In this document: positions 1 through 17,461 of the stretch, in pieces
Layout: each line of letters opens with the position of its first letter
How positions within the stretch are numbered: position 1 is the stretch's first letter
Assembly: GCA_964016885.1 (NCBI GenBank)
Contig: OZ024740.1
Location: 29,512,001-29,576,000 of the forward strand
Length of the DNA: 64,000 nucleotides
Reading direction: 5' to 3'
DNA from: Eledone cirrhosa
Lineage: Eukaryota
Made by a program: the position numbers and the translations under genes
Notes under the pieces: model-generated
Database searches by the model: none
What the model saw: the letters and a program-made list of their open reading frames with translations, nothing else
Told to the model about the DNA's origin: nothing

Positions 1-969
<969 letters not shown>

Positions 970-1150
970 ATCAAAGTTCTTTCGTTGCACATCTGCAACA
1001 TCATCAGTGGTACTATTATGTTTCCTTCTATTGTATTGTATTTTATTGTATTGTATGTCTACGCCTATTTTTATTTTTATTTATTTATTTATTTATTCTT
1101 GCCTCTGTCTCTGTGCATGCGTTTGCGTGTATATATGTATATATATATAT

Positions 1151-1227
<77 letters not shown>

Positions 1228-1230
<3 letters not shown>

Positions 1231-1582
1231 AGTTCTACGACAGTTAATTAACCATTGCCGAGGACATTTGTTAATGAACTGTTGTGGAACTACTTCTACC
1301 AAACTGAGAACTCTACACCTTCACAACTTCCACCAAGCGATGCTTCTCCCACCATCTCTCTCTTTCACCACCTCTTCATTATAATCCCCCCCCCCATACA
1401 TATCACACATACCCAAACATTCCTTCTAGCAAAACCAATCAAAACGAACTAAAATTGACCACCATAAATAAATGTGAATCGTTATATATTGTTTCTAAGA
1501 GGTTCAGTCTGTCATTACCACAACAGAAGTCCGACGAGTTTTTTTTATTCCTGAGTTGGGCCAGATCGATACAGATCGAACC
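1228..1582 (+). mobile_element. Penelope-like non-coding remnant: 5' hairpin (1228-1294) and truncated hammerhead-like half (1529-1582) homologous to 15034-15086
   Basis: agtagttctacgacagttaattaac pairs with gttaatgaactgttgtggaactact; gt-ccgacgag...gggccagatcgatacagatcgaacc matches gt-ctgacgag...gggctagatcgatacagatcgaacc at 15035. Confidence 0.55.
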
Positions 1583-1875
1583 GATAAAATAAAGTACCAG
1601 TATACGCTGGGATAATTGCTGGCCTTGTGCGAAAAGTAGAAACAATTATTATTATTATTATTATTGGTTTCTTATATAGGCACAAGGCCAGCAATTTTGG
1701 GGGAGAGCAAAGTCGATTAAATCGACCCCAGTGCATGACTGGTACTTTATTTCATCCTTACGGAGTCGATAAAATAAAGTACCAGTCACGCACTGGGGTC
1801 GATTTAATCGACTTTCTCCTTTCACAAAATTGCTGGCCTTGTGCCTATATAAAAAACAATTATTATTATTATTAT
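1583..1875. mobile_element. SINE family A 3' tail (1583-1660, +) followed by two SINE 3' halves fused as a hairpin (1665-1870)
   Basis: gataaaataaagtaccag...gctggccttgtgc..aagtagaaacaatt tail; 1665-1752 is the reverse complement of 1771-1860. Confidence 0.85.
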
Positions 1876-2126
1876 TTCTTTCTGCTTAATACTACACCTC
1901 TATACTTACAGGAAACTATGCATCGAGTGCTCACTCTGGTGAACCCATAGTAACTGGTCGTTATGATCCCTAAATATATATATACACACACATCGGTCTT
2001 GTGTAGTTTCCATCTACGAAATTCTACTCATAAGGCATTGGTCAAGCCGTGGCTATAGTAGCAGACACAAGATAGCTAAGCGAACTTCTTAATTACAAAA
2101 CCATGTCTGCGGCTATATTATTATAA

Positions 2127-2313
2127 GGCTGTGGATTAACAGTATCGGTAGAAGGTCGGACGCCATGCTTTCCAGCATAGTTACGTCCCTTTACGGTCTG
2201 AGTTAAAATCCCGCCGAGGTTAACTTTGCCTTTCATCCTTACGAGGTCGATAAAATAAAGTACCAGTAATGTACTGGGTAATTGCTAGCCTTGTACCAAA
2301 CGTAGAAACAGTT
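2127..2313 (+). mobile_element. tRNA-derived SINE family A (MetaSINE-like core)
   Basis: Head tggatt..cagtatcggtaga, B-box-like gagtt(c)aaatccc, core gaggttaactttgcctttcatccttacg.ggtcgataaaataaagtacc; more than 10 copies in the window. Confidence 0.85.
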
Positions 2314-3756
2314 GTTTGGGGATTTTTATGAGGTTGGACATATTATTTGATCTGAAGAAAAACATTGTTTCATTATCTACAGTAATATTTCACAGGAAAC
2401 ATTACTGTACAAATATTACAGATTCCGAGGAAGACCAAAATCTTGTTAAAAAAGGTCGTCGGGTTAATATATCTTTTTATACAATTTAATTTTAAAAAAA
2501 CAAATATAATTATACGTTAATATGAATTATTCCTTCTCTAAAACAATTTTTATTTTATTTAATATCCTGTTAGTATTGTGGAGATTTCCATGAAATATAG
2601 GCATGTGTTTTGCGATTTTCTTAGAAGATCGCATAAGGATTCCACGACAAAACAATTTCGGTAACTTCTAATCTACAGTATCCTGAAATTCAGAAATTTG
2701 AAAATGTAGTGTAAACACTTAAAGGACCTTAGGGACTATCTTTAAATAATATTTAGTTAAGAATCTTGGGTGGTTGGTTCATTAATTTACCCAATCTTCA
2801 TCATCATTAATTCATAATGTATTAGGGAATTATCAACTAATCTTGTCTCGGAATTTATGCCATTAATGGCTTGTTGAGGGAAAAACTTGGCAGGTGTAAT
2901 GACAGCTCTCGTGGTACTAATGCCAAAAAGAGAGGAGAATTTGGTAGAAAGGAAGAATCCCTTGAGACATGTCGTTACATCAGCCAAATCTCTCATCCAA
3001 CAAGAGAAGCCATTAGAGTCAATAAGTACCGGAACAAGAATTCTCAATAATCCCTAATATGTCATTAGACAATGACAGCTCTGTAATGTAAGTTAACAGA
3101 CAACTTTCTCGGCCAAATATCTCTTCAAGTAAAGTTCATATTGCCCACCAAATGAATACAGCACATATTTTTTAAGTATTCTTTTCAATTCCTTAATAAA
3201 TAAAAACCTAGATACGATTAGTGTCCTGTTCCCCAGCAGATTACTTTAAATATATAATCTCCACACTGGCACCGAATGTATCTCTCATTCTTAGAACATC
3301 CATTTCAGTTTCGGTGGAATGATTGATTTCCTAGCAATCATCTTATTCCCATTACGGTCGTGTTGTTTAAAACTATTAAGCTTTGATTACTAATATGTGA
3401 AAGCTGAAGGTTTTCCTCTGGGTACTTTCTAAACGTCTGTATTATAATTGTTAGTTTTGCAGTAGTAGTGATGTATTTCACGATGTTAACTGTATTGTTG
3501 AGGGACGGCGATTTGTCATTTAACTTGATTTTAGTGGTCATTAAATTTAGAATGTAATTTTAAGATGTGGTTTGTGTGAGATTTGACTGATGTTTTCAGC
3601 AGTCCTTGACATTCGGTTCTGACGTAAATTCCCTGCGAACCACAGGAACACTAATTCAACCAGCCAGCACAATCTCATTCTAATCTTATTTTACCGTTTT
3701 AAATTGCAAAAGTAACTGGACGTTATGATCCCTAAATGTATATATATATATATATA

Positions 3757-3910
3757 AATTAATAAAAACAATGAATAAAAACAAAGAAACAGTTCATTAT
3801 ATTAAAAAATTCATGATTTTACGATCGTTTCTAGGATATATATCGTAAAATGATGAATTTTTTAATATAAGGAACTGTTTCTTTGTTTTTATTCATTGTT
3901 TTTATTCATT
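3757..3910. repeat. ~150 bp fold-back palindrome next to (TA)n; contains a hammerhead 3' half (minus: GAAA-cgatcg-TA)
   Basis: aataaaaacaatgaataaaaacaaagaaacagtt... vs ...aactgtttctttgtttttattcattgtttttatt. Confidence 0.8.
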
Positions 3911-4076
3911 TATCTTGACTCTGTTTTCCTCTGATTTTCATCGAAAAAATGTTTGAATACATCTTTTCTTTTCATATTTGGATTACATTGAGTTCTTCAT
4001 ACGGATTGGACACTACCGTATATTTTGGTAGATTTATCTACATATATATATACATATAATGTAGATTTATCTACAT

Positions 4077-4134
<58 letters not shown>

Positions 4135-4137
<3 letters not shown>

Positions 4138-4330
4138 AAAAAAGTTAGAACCCCGACGGCAGAGCTCAAGCCGTTTGGACAGATATTTCTGGATTCCATA
4201 AATAGCTGTCGAACGGCTTGAGCTCTGCCGTCGGAGTTCAGACTCTTTTCCTATTACCCACTCTACTACCCAAAGTATCGAGTACTTTGGTGCGTTATGA
4301 TCCACCTGGTTGCTTACCACACTTCCTTCG

Positions 4331-4332
<2 letters not shown>
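4135..4332 (+). mobile_element. Non-autonomous Penelope-like element with 5' inverted arm, flanked by (TA)n; second copy at 34268-34402
   Basis: gaaccccgacggcagagctcaagccgtttggacag pairs with ctgtcgaacggcttgagctctgccgtcggagttc; 3' ~130 bp closely matches 34275-34402; GAA(A)-cggc..gccg-TC resembles hammerhead stem III and cleavage site. Confidence 0.7.
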
Positions 4333-4380
<48 letters not shown>

Positions 4381-4445
4381 ATATATATATATAAGCAAAA
4401 GAATTAATGAGAGAGTTACAAGCAGTTAAAACATATCTTTATATA

Positions 4446-4486
4446 GCTCTTACACGTGTTTCGCCCAATGGGGCTCGTCGGAGGCA
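4446..4486 (-). ncRNA. Type I hammerhead-like motif, CCGACGA core variant
   Basis: Minus strand: gcct-CCGACGA-gccc(catt)gggc-GAAA-cacgtg-TA-agagc; palindromic stem III. Confidence 0.6.
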
Positions 4487-4673
4487 GATATTAAAAGGGT
4501 AAAATAATAGTTTTACATCGCCATGCATATTAAATTTAAATGTTAAAGGTATAAACACGGTGAAAGGAGTATAGTTTGCTAAGAGAGATAATTACCAGTA
4601 CAAGTATAAAGTTTACTGTATCGCACCTCTTTATACCTCTTCTTTCTCTATCCTCTTTAACGATACTTTAACC

Positions 4674-4744
<71 letters not shown>

Positions 4745-5542
4745 TAACTGTCTCGTCGTGTAGTTTCCATCTACGAAATTCTACTCATAAGGCATTGGTC
4801 AAGCCGAAGCTGTAGTAGCTGACACAAGGTAATAAATATAAAATATTGTTTATAAAATGGAGAAATTCTCGAACGCAGGAATAGAAAATCGGGTAAACTA
4901 CTCCTATAGAAGACTGCGTTTTGTCAATTAGGGGTATTTAAACCGATTTTCTATGCTGTGTTCACAGAAATTTTCCTGCGTTTGAGATTTTTTACATTTT
5001 CTAAGCATTTCATCTCACTCAACGCTCCAATATTTTTATTTACAAATAAAATGTATTTTATAAAATGTTGTAGTTGGCTTGAAGCATTGCATATACATAT
5101 TATATAATGTGGAAAGTGATATAAGGTTAAACAATGCAAAATGGACAGTAAGATGAAGGTAACGAAAAATATAATTACTCTGTCATCTCTGTTTTTTTTT
5201 TTGTTTTTTTTTGCTGTTGTTTATTTCGTCCTAAATATTTTATTTTTGTATCATCCTCACGGCTTACCAATTTGCTCTATCCAATTATCTTCAATTTAGT
5301 GCAATAGTTTACTTTTTCTACATTTTGTGGTTTGGTGTGTTGGTGGTGATGTGGGAGTGGGGGTTAATTATTTGCAGACCAAAGTAGAGTATAGTTTAAG
5401 TTCAGTAATGTATTTATGAAAAGAACCATCCATATTAGTCTTTAAAACAAATGATGTAGTGAGATGCTTTGAAGATATCCATCACCACTTCTCACTATAA
5501 ACAGGTTGGGGATGTTTATTGGAAATATTGGGACATCCCATA

Positions 5543-5754
5543 AATAATTATTTCTGATTTAGGCACAAGGCCAGCAGGGGAGGGAAAGTCGATTAAATCG
5601 ACCCAGGTGCGAGACTGGTACTTTATTTATCGACCCTGTGAGGATGAAAGGCAGAGTTAACCTCGGCGGGATTTGAACTCAGACCATAAAGGGCCGTAAC
5701 TCTTTGCTGCAAAGCATGGCAACCGACCCTCTACCGATACTGCCAATCCACCAC
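5543..5754 (-). mobile_element. SINE family A
   Basis: Reverse complement of the family A consensus. Confidence 0.85.
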
Positions 5755-6046
5755 TTCTTTTATTTTTAAAAATTAAAATAAACTGCACTTTTATAATGAG
5801 TACAAGGTGAAGTTAATGCCTGCTTTTAGAGCAAGTTTATGCAGGTCTTTATGACCCACAGTCGACTTTTATAGCTTGTAATTAAAAAAAGTGCCTTATT
5901 TATGGGGTGAAAGAAGAGTACCTGGCTACCTGGTAAAAGAATTCTACTGGAAAACAGACGTTGATTTCATTCTAACCAAACATAACTTCAGTTGTTTTTA
6001 ATGAATATCTCGCCTGACAAACATTTAAATATATTGCATTATATTT

Positions 6047-6275
6047 GGATTGGCAGTATAGGTAGAGGGTCGAACGCCATGCTAGGGTGGTGGATTGGCA
6101 GTATCGGTAGACGGTCGGACGCCATGCTTTGCAGCAAAGAGTTACGGCCCTTTATAGTCTGAGTTCAAATCCCATCGAGGTTATCTTTGCTTTTCATCCT
6201 TACGGGGTCGATGAAATAAAGTCCCAGTAATGTACTGGTATTTGCTGGCCTTGTGCCAAAAGAAGAAACAATTAT
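6047..6275 (+). mobile_element. SINE family A with duplicated head
   Basis: tggattggcagtat..ggtaga..gtcg..cgccatgct occurs twice (6047, 6091), then a full body. Confidence 0.85.
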
Positions 6276-7204
6276 ATTAATATGGGTATGTATGTGCATG
6301 TGTGTGTGTGTGGGTGTGGGTGGGTGTGAGTCAGTGTGTGTGTGTGATCACTTGATCTGCTGGAAATAGGAGGCAAATCTCCTTCAAATCACACTCAGCT
6401 GCCGTTAAAAAACGGCACACTGGATAATGAAGTTCCGGATACATCGAATGTGTGTATGGATTGTAAATGCGTGTCTTGGGCATGCTAAATCTAACGGTGC
6501 CAACCATTTCTCCAGATTTGAACACAGTATATTTATTCCAAAGAAGGAGTAATAGAGAGGAACTGAGATAGAGATATTCAGGAAGTACCGACTTCAGTAT
6601 TCGACTGAAAGTTTTTTTTATCGACGTTGAAAGGTTTAAAGGCAAAGTTCACCACGGCGGATCTTGAACTGGAACGCAGAGAGCCGGAACGAAAACCGAC
6701 TCTATTAATTGTTCGCCTTCCAGATGCTTTATTATATTTGAATAAAAGATGAAAAAGCTACAGCTAGCACCATATGTCTGCTAGATCTAAATTGATCTGG
6801 GATTAAACAGTAACAAAAACATATAATGTATGCTTTCATATGCACGCTCATTATGAACCACGTTATATTAGTGCTTCTTGTAATTAATCCAAACCAGTCA
6901 AATTCGGACTATATGCAAATGAGCATCACCAGCCGGTGATTTATTTACACTATATGGAAATGAGCTTTCTCTCCCGGTGTTTCGTGCGTGAAATTCCTAT
7001 AGTCCTTAGCCTATTCTTATCTCAGTGCCAAGTAAGTGAATGTTATCGATGAAGGATAAAAATCCAGAAATAATTGTCTGTCATTCTTATCGGCTACTGA
7101 GATAGCTGTGACATGATCACAGTTTAAAACATTCATAGCAAGACACTCACATTGTTATTGTACAGAAACATACCTTATATGATTTCCTATAGACACCTGT
7201 AATT

Positions 7205-7597
7205 AATGGTTTCTGATTTAAGCACAAAGCCAACAATTTTTTTTTGGGGGGGGGGGGGGCAGTCGATTAAATCGACTCAGTGTGTTACTGGTACTTCATT
7301 TTATCGACTCGGTAAGGATGAAAGGCACAAAGTTAAAGTCAGCGGGACTTGAACACAGAAAGTATAGGGATGTAACTATATGTCGCAAAGCATGTTGTCC
7401 GACGCTCTTGACGGTATCGGTAGAGGGTCGGACGCCATGCTTTATAGCATAGAGTCATGGTCCTTTACGGTCTGAACTCAAATCCCGCCGAGGTTAAATT
7501 TCCCTTTCATCCTTACCGAGTAGATAAAATAAAGTACCAGTAATGCACTGCGGTAATTGCTGGCCTTGTGCCAAAAGTAGAAACAATTATTATTATA
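7205..7597. mobile_element. Head-to-head inverted SINE pair (minus 7205-7410, plus 7413-7597)
   Basis: Family A core on both strands, heads abutting. Confidence 0.8.
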
Positions 7598-7834
7598 AGA
7601 TGTCACCATCAACTATTTTTATACTTATAGTAAGCCACATAAGCAGCATCTAAGAATTTGTTCATTCAATTAGAAATAGCAGCCAAATCCCCCTCAAATG
7701 ACATCTTTGTCGTCTTACATTTCAAATTCTTTGCGTAGTGTAGTGAGAGTTACTCCTAAAAGAGAGGACAGTCTCTGGTAAAGACCTTTGGATAAGAGAT
7801 GGGAACAGTCAGGGTCAACCAGGGACTAAATGCC

Positions 7835-9978
<2,144 letters not shown>

Positions 9979-10448
9979 TAATCACCACTTACAGCCTGTC
10001 AAATATATCAAACTAATGGCCTGACTTAATGCTGTTTTAATTCCCAGTCCATTGACTTTTAACACTGCCTTATTAAACCTTTCTCTCTAGATCTCTCTCT
10101 CTCTCTTGCTTCTATTTTTCATTTGTACACACACACACACTAACATGCCCCCCCCCCCCACAACAATCCCTCACACACACTAACATACCCCCCCCCCTCC
10201 CCACACACACACAACAAGACCACACATATTTTAGTTTTCTAAACGCAATATAACTTACTCAATATATATCATAGAGTCAGCGGATTCCAAAAGACAGCAG
10301 ACTTGTAGAAAACGTTCTTGAATTCCACAAGATACGTTATATGATTTATATATATATATATACAAATAAAATAGAGAGTTACTAACTCATATTGATACCC
10401 TGTAATTAACAAGCTCAAAGTATAAATACTGAGCATGATATAATAATA

Positions 10449-10733
10449 TAATTGTTTCTACTTTTGACACAAGGCCAGCAATTACCCAGTGCATTACTGG
10501 TACTTTATTTTATCGACCCCGTAAGGATGAAAGGCAAAGTTAAACTAGCGGTGGATGGCAGTATCGGTAGAAGGTCGGACGCCATTCTTTCCAGCATAGT
10601 TACGTCCCTTTATGATCTGAGTTCAAATCCCGCCGAGGTTGACTTTGCCTTTCATCCTTACGGGGTCGATAAAATAAAGTACCAGTAATGCACTGGGTAA
10701 TTGCTGGCCTTGTGCCAAAAGTAGAAACAATTA
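10449..10733. mobile_element. Inverted SINE pair: 5'-truncated minus copy (10449-10545) fused to a full plus copy (10548-10733)
   Basis: 10449-10542 is the near-perfect reverse complement of 10638-10732. Confidence 0.9.
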
Positions 10734-11112
10734 TATAATAATATATGTAGAAATAAACACAGTAAATTGTGTGTCTAAAATTACAAGGGTTGAAAAACCA
10801 CATTGGTTTGATAAATTTAACCTGAAGCAAACGGAAGATATAGATATACAGACCGTCTCAATAACTATTTCATCTCTCGGACAGATTAGAGATTTAATCT
10901 GTTTCGCCCTGAAAATTGTGTTTGTAACAGATAATCCGTAGGCTTTCCTCAGCAAGAGATAAGATAAAATGGAACAAACACATACAACTAAAAGCCACAC
11001 GAATGAATATCTCACCTCGTGCGCTGGACGTTAGAAGTGGTGTGAGTGGATATGTTAAAAACAATAGCCTTAATACACCCAACTTATAAGCTCACCTAGT
11101 TCAGGAGCCGAA

Positions 11113-11211
<99 letters not shown>

Positions 11212-11325
11212 TAAACGGAATAGAAAATGCTGACAAATTGTTCACAGTTGAAAAATGGTTTAATTAGGAATAAAAGAGTATTAGTGATTGTATGGGTTAG
11301 TATTCAGTTGTGGTTTTAAGATTTT

Positions 11326-11370
11326 AAGTTTTTACCGGTTGCGCATTTCTAAATGCTTTTCAAAAATAAT
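11326..11370 (-). ncRNA. Degenerate hammerhead-like motif with U3:A8 core
   Basis: Minus strand: ttt-TTGAAAA-gcattt(ag)aaatgc-GCAA-ccgg-TA-aaa. Confidence 0.5.
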
Positions 11371-11427
11371 TTTGAGATAGAGTGTCCGTGTTGTTTGCTC
11401 TGATCTGATTAGTTTTGGGAATTCTAC

Positions 11428-11797
11428 CTGTTTTTATGTTAAAAAAGTGGCTCCAGCGTTACTTTGGTGTTGCAAAAATTCTTGTGGTCAAAACAATTTT
11501 GATTGGTCGGTAGAGGTCATGTGAATGTAAAAAATTGATTTTGCGCCAAGACTGTTTTTATGTTAAAAAAGTGGCTCCAGCGCTATTTGGTGTTTGCAAA
11601 AATTCTTGTGGTCAAAACAATTTTGATTGGTCGGTAGAGGTCATGTGAATGTAAAAAATTGATTTTGCGCCAAGACTGTTTTTATGTTAAAAAAGTGGCT
11701 CCAGCGCTATTTGGTGTTTGCAAAAATTCTTGTGGTCAAAACAATTTTGATTGGTCGGTAGAGGTCATGTGAATAAAAAATTGGTTTTGCGCCAAGA
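11428..11797. repeat. 3 x 124 bp tandem repeat in the Penelope 3' region
   Basis: ctgtttttatgttaaaaaagtggctccagcg starts at 11428, 11552 and 11676. Confidence 0.95.
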
Positions 11798-12463
11798 TTG
11801 AGAAATGACTCTTTCACAACAAATGTGTGTGTATGTGTGTGTGTGTAGTAGTAGTAAGGTGTTCGATGTTGTGATAATGGTTAGCAGGGATGTGTGTCAA
11901 ATGGCTATTAAGATAAGTGTGTGTGTGTGTCTGTGTGTGTGTGTGTGTGTGCGTGTGTGTGTGTGTGCGTGTGTGTGTGTATATAGTAGAGTAATTCGTG
12001 GTAGCAGGGATGGTCAGTAAGAATGTGTCTGAAAGCAATGGGGTGTATTTTAGCATGGCAAAAGATATTTTTCAGCTTTTGTCTTATACGGAGAAGTGCG
12101 TGTGTGTGTGTGTGTGTGTATAAGTCTCTTTGTATGTTAATGTATGCGTGTGTATGTGTGTGTGTATATATATGTGGGGGGGGGGGGCCAGTATTTTTTT
12201 CCCCCTGGTAAAATGGTGTACATTATTCGATTTTTTCAGTAAAATCGGTTCTCTTAATAGAACATCAAAAATCTTAACAATAAAAGGTGTGAAATGATAT
12301 TCACTACATATATATACACATACATATATTCACTATATATATATTATATTTTTGTGTTGCACCATAGAGCATGTGTGTTTACGTATGTCATTGTGTTTAT
12401 ATGTGGGTGGAGATGTGTGCTGATGTAGGTATTATGTTAACGTGTGTATGTTGTGGGTTCGTC

Positions 12464-14323
<1,860 letters not shown>

Positions 14324-14334
14324 ATATATATAAA

Positions 14335-14520
14335 GGGCGTGTGGTTGAGTGGTTAGAGAATTGGATTCGCAATCGTAAGGTTGTGAGTTCGATTCTTGAG
14401 CAAGACACTTTATTTCACGTTGCTCCTTCTACCTGGAGTTGTGACCGATAGATAGTATTAGCAATTGGAAAGACCAACGGAAACATTGTTCCCTCGGTCC
14501 GATTTGACGAAAGTCGATCG
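14335..14520 (+). mobile_element. tRNA-derived SINE family B
   Basis: gtggttgagtggttagag (A box)...gtgagttcgattc (B box)...ttgagcaagacactttatttcac; homologue on the minus strand at 30597-30810. Confidence 0.8.
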
Positions 14521-14669
14521 TTCCTTTATAACCAAAAGTTAATCAAGGTTCATTGATTAATCAATGAATATAGTTTTACAATAGATTAGAAGCACTCAAC
14601 AGACTGGTTTCTGGAGTGATTAATATTAATTCAAAATTTTAATAAATATAGACATTCATGTAATCAAAT

Positions 14670-14737
14670 ATATTTTATTATATATATTTCGGAGGTAATG
14701 TGCTGTTTCCTAAGTACGTCCTCATCAGATAAAATAC
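14670..14737 (-). ncRNA. Type I minimal hammerhead ribozyme (intact core)
   Basis: Minus strand: tgtattttat-CTGATGA-ggacgta...tacctcc-GAAA-tatata-TA-ataaaatata. Confidence 0.85.
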
Positions 14738-14840
14738 ATAAATTGATGTATGACACACCTCAACTGTGCTGATGGTTCAATTCCAGCCGTGGCAAGAATT
14801 GAACCATCAGCACAGTTGAGGTATACCATACATCAATTTA

Positions 14841-14910
14841 TATATTTTATCTGATGAGGACGTACTGAGGAAACAGCACAGTACCACCGAAATAGATAAA
14901 ATAAAATATA
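14841..14910 (+). ncRNA. Type I hammerhead, cleavage-site mutant copy
   Basis: tatattttat-CTGATGA(14851)-ggacgtactg...cagtaccacc-GAAA-tagata-AA-ataaaatata. Confidence 0.75.
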
Positions 14911-14949
14911 TTTGATTACATGAATGTCTATATTTATTAATATTTTGAA

Positions 14950-15010
<61 letters not shown>

Positions 15011-15033
15011 TTTATTCCATTACCATTGTAAGG

Positions 15034-15118
15034 GGTCTGACGAGCCGCGGATTACAGAGTCGGGCTAGATCGATACAGATCGAACCTTGAGCTGATCAGT
15101 GGCGAAACGCGCGTCACC
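15034..15118 (+). ncRNA. Type I hammerhead with extended stem II, GUC site
   Basis: ggt-CTGACGA-gccgc...gtggc-GAAA-cgcgcg-TC-acc, then aataaa and (TA)n. Confidence 0.75.
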
Positions 15119-16271
15119 AACCAATAAATGTAATGAAGGAGTAACCAATCGTCCTAGTTTTATTTTATTTTTATATATATATATATATATATTTAATATA
15201 GAAATGTCTTCTACAGGACTAGAACTTCTACATGAAGCTGACTGTCCAAGTAATGTGGTAGTATTTATATCTTTTCTGGTGGTTGGAGAGGGTGGTGATT
15301 GGGATGGGTGGAGGTCATTGGTTGATGGATTTTAAGAAAAGGGTATTCTTTAAAAACTATATTTAGAGTAACAAAGGCAGAAAAATTCGCAAAACCAACA
15401 GCCAGGAAACCGCGGGGTCGACCCTGAGCAAAGTAAAACATCCATGAGCTGGGAAAATATATTTGTTAACCACTGTTGTAGAGTATTTTTCTCAGGCTGG
15501 TTCTTTACACTGTGTTACGATTCAAAGTTTCTTCGTTGAAGCCAACTTTAAAGTGAAGACAAAATGAATGTGCTACATTGGATGTCTCTATCCCTTATTC
15601 TTCTTTGGACGCCTCAGACTATGTTACATGTTTGCTCAAGTGTATTTGGAGGTGGTTTGTGATGGGGAACTCATTATTTTTATTAGTCACAGGGCCGATT
15701 TTGTTTAATGGATTATTTCATTATAATTTGAGTCCTTTATTAACCTGGTTGTTCTTATGGCTCACACCTACATAGGGCTAGCCGGCCTCATATGGGGTTG
15801 CAGCTCATAGGAGATTTCTTGGATGTCTTAATGGTAGAGGCCCCAGTTCTACCATGTAAGGATTTTCCCAGTGGCAAGAGGTCATATTGGAACGCAGAAT
15901 ATCCAGGAAAGATACTGCAATCCTATCCGATGCTCTAACAATTTCATCAATCCACCATCCTGAACTGGTATTTTTATTTACCGATTCCGAAAGAATGAAA
16001 GGCATGGTTGACCTCAACAAGATTTGGGTTCAGAACGCAGAGAGCAGAAAGAAATAATGCTGAAGCATTTAATCCGACTCATTAACTCTTCTGCTAGATC
16101 TAACTTGATTCAGATTTTCTTTGTTCTAAGGAGAGATCATATTAGCAGTTTGTTTTAATTTTTTGACAGATCAGTTTAATTCTAGGATTATGAGTTTCCA
16201 ATTTTCTTAGTGGATAATTTTTTCATGCGGAGATATTTTATAAACGACTCATTTCTAGGTTCTAGGTTGTT

Positions 16272-16390
16272 ATGAGTTCAAATCCCGCCAGGGTTAACTT
16301 TGCCTTTCATCCTTCCGGGGTCGATAAAATAAAGTACCAGTAATGCCCTGGGTAATTGCTGGCCTTGTGCCAAAAGTAGAAACAATTATT
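16272..16390 (+). mobile_element. SINE family A, 5'-truncated
   Basis: gagttcaaatcccgcc...gtagaaacaattatt. Confidence 0.85.
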
Positions 16391-17127
16391 TAGGTTGTTA
16401 CATAACGTTGTTACACTGTAAGGAATATTTCTCATCAATACACAAATTGCACCGCACAAAATTATGTGCGGTTTTTGCCCTTTTATTAGAATATTATTCA
16501 TTCTTTTGTGTTTCTACATCCATTGAGATAGTAATGCTGGGTTAATTCACGTGGTATATATACTGGATTTTAGGGATTTTCTTTGGGGGGCTTATATGGA
16601 ACACATCAGTAATATCTGCGGCTGATTTATATACATGCTCCCTCGATGAGTATTTTGTGTTAAGTTGGCATATTGTTGCATTTCTTCTATTGCATTTTGA
16701 CTGTCTGACTTGTGTTCGAGGGTCGCCTGAAAAGTCCGAGTCTAACTGTGAAGGAGTGATACTAGAGCTGTGAAATCTTGCATGCATTAATTTCAACTCT
16801 TCTTATTAATAACTGAATTGTTTTTGTCGATGGACACTGTTGAAAAATAAACCTCATTTGGTCATTCCATGAGAGTAACTTGGTCAGCCTATGTTCCAGC
16901 CTATGAACTCTTCAGCCGCCCCTCATATTATTTCTATGTTTTTTAGTGAGATAGGATATTTGGAGGTCTACCTTAAGTTTATCTGGTCTCAATTCAGCTG
17001 AAAATGAGTACCAGTAATAGACTGCGGCTTAAAACTCTGGTCTCTAGATTCACCTAACGCCAGATGAAACTAGTATAAGCTCCAGCCTGATGAGGCTCTG
17101 TGCTTGAGAAAGACGTTAACCTAATAC

Positions 17128-17303
17128 TTGTTTCTACTTTGGGCACAAGGTCAGCAATTATCCAAGTGTATTACTGGTACTTTATTTTATCGACCCCGTA
17201 ACGATGAAAAGCAAAGTTAAGCTCGGCGGGATTTGAACTCAAATCATAAGGGCCTTAACCCTTTGCTATAAAGCATGGCTTCAGACACTCTACCGATACT
17301 GCC
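17128..17303 (-). mobile_element. SINE family A
   Basis: Reverse complement of the family A consensus. Confidence 0.85.
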
Positions 17304-17461
17304 ATAATATCTAGACAGCTGTAACTATAATTTAAGTTGTTTTTGTTGAAGATATTGTAGTAGTTGCATGCTGTAAGGCAACGTTTACTTGTCAAGGACA
17401 GGAAGATCCAATATATAAGTTAGATTCAAGTTGAATATTAGATACTAGAGTCTATTAACTT

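Larger units (their letters stand above)
14623..14956. mobile_element. Fold-back element: two 161 bp inverted arms, 12 nt loop, one hammerhead per arm
   Basis: Arms 14623-14783 and 14796-14956, loop cagccgtggcaa; ends in (TA)n. Confidence 0.9.

Noticed and set aside
11428-11797. CRISPR-like array
   Set aside because: Whole units are repeated with no unique spacers, and the context is eukaryotic
14335-14400. Possible tRNA gene
   Set aside because: A/B boxes continue into a repeated SINE body and there is no complete acceptor stem
17087-17115. ctgatgag...gaaa hammerhead-like text
   Set aside because: No convincing stems I, II or III
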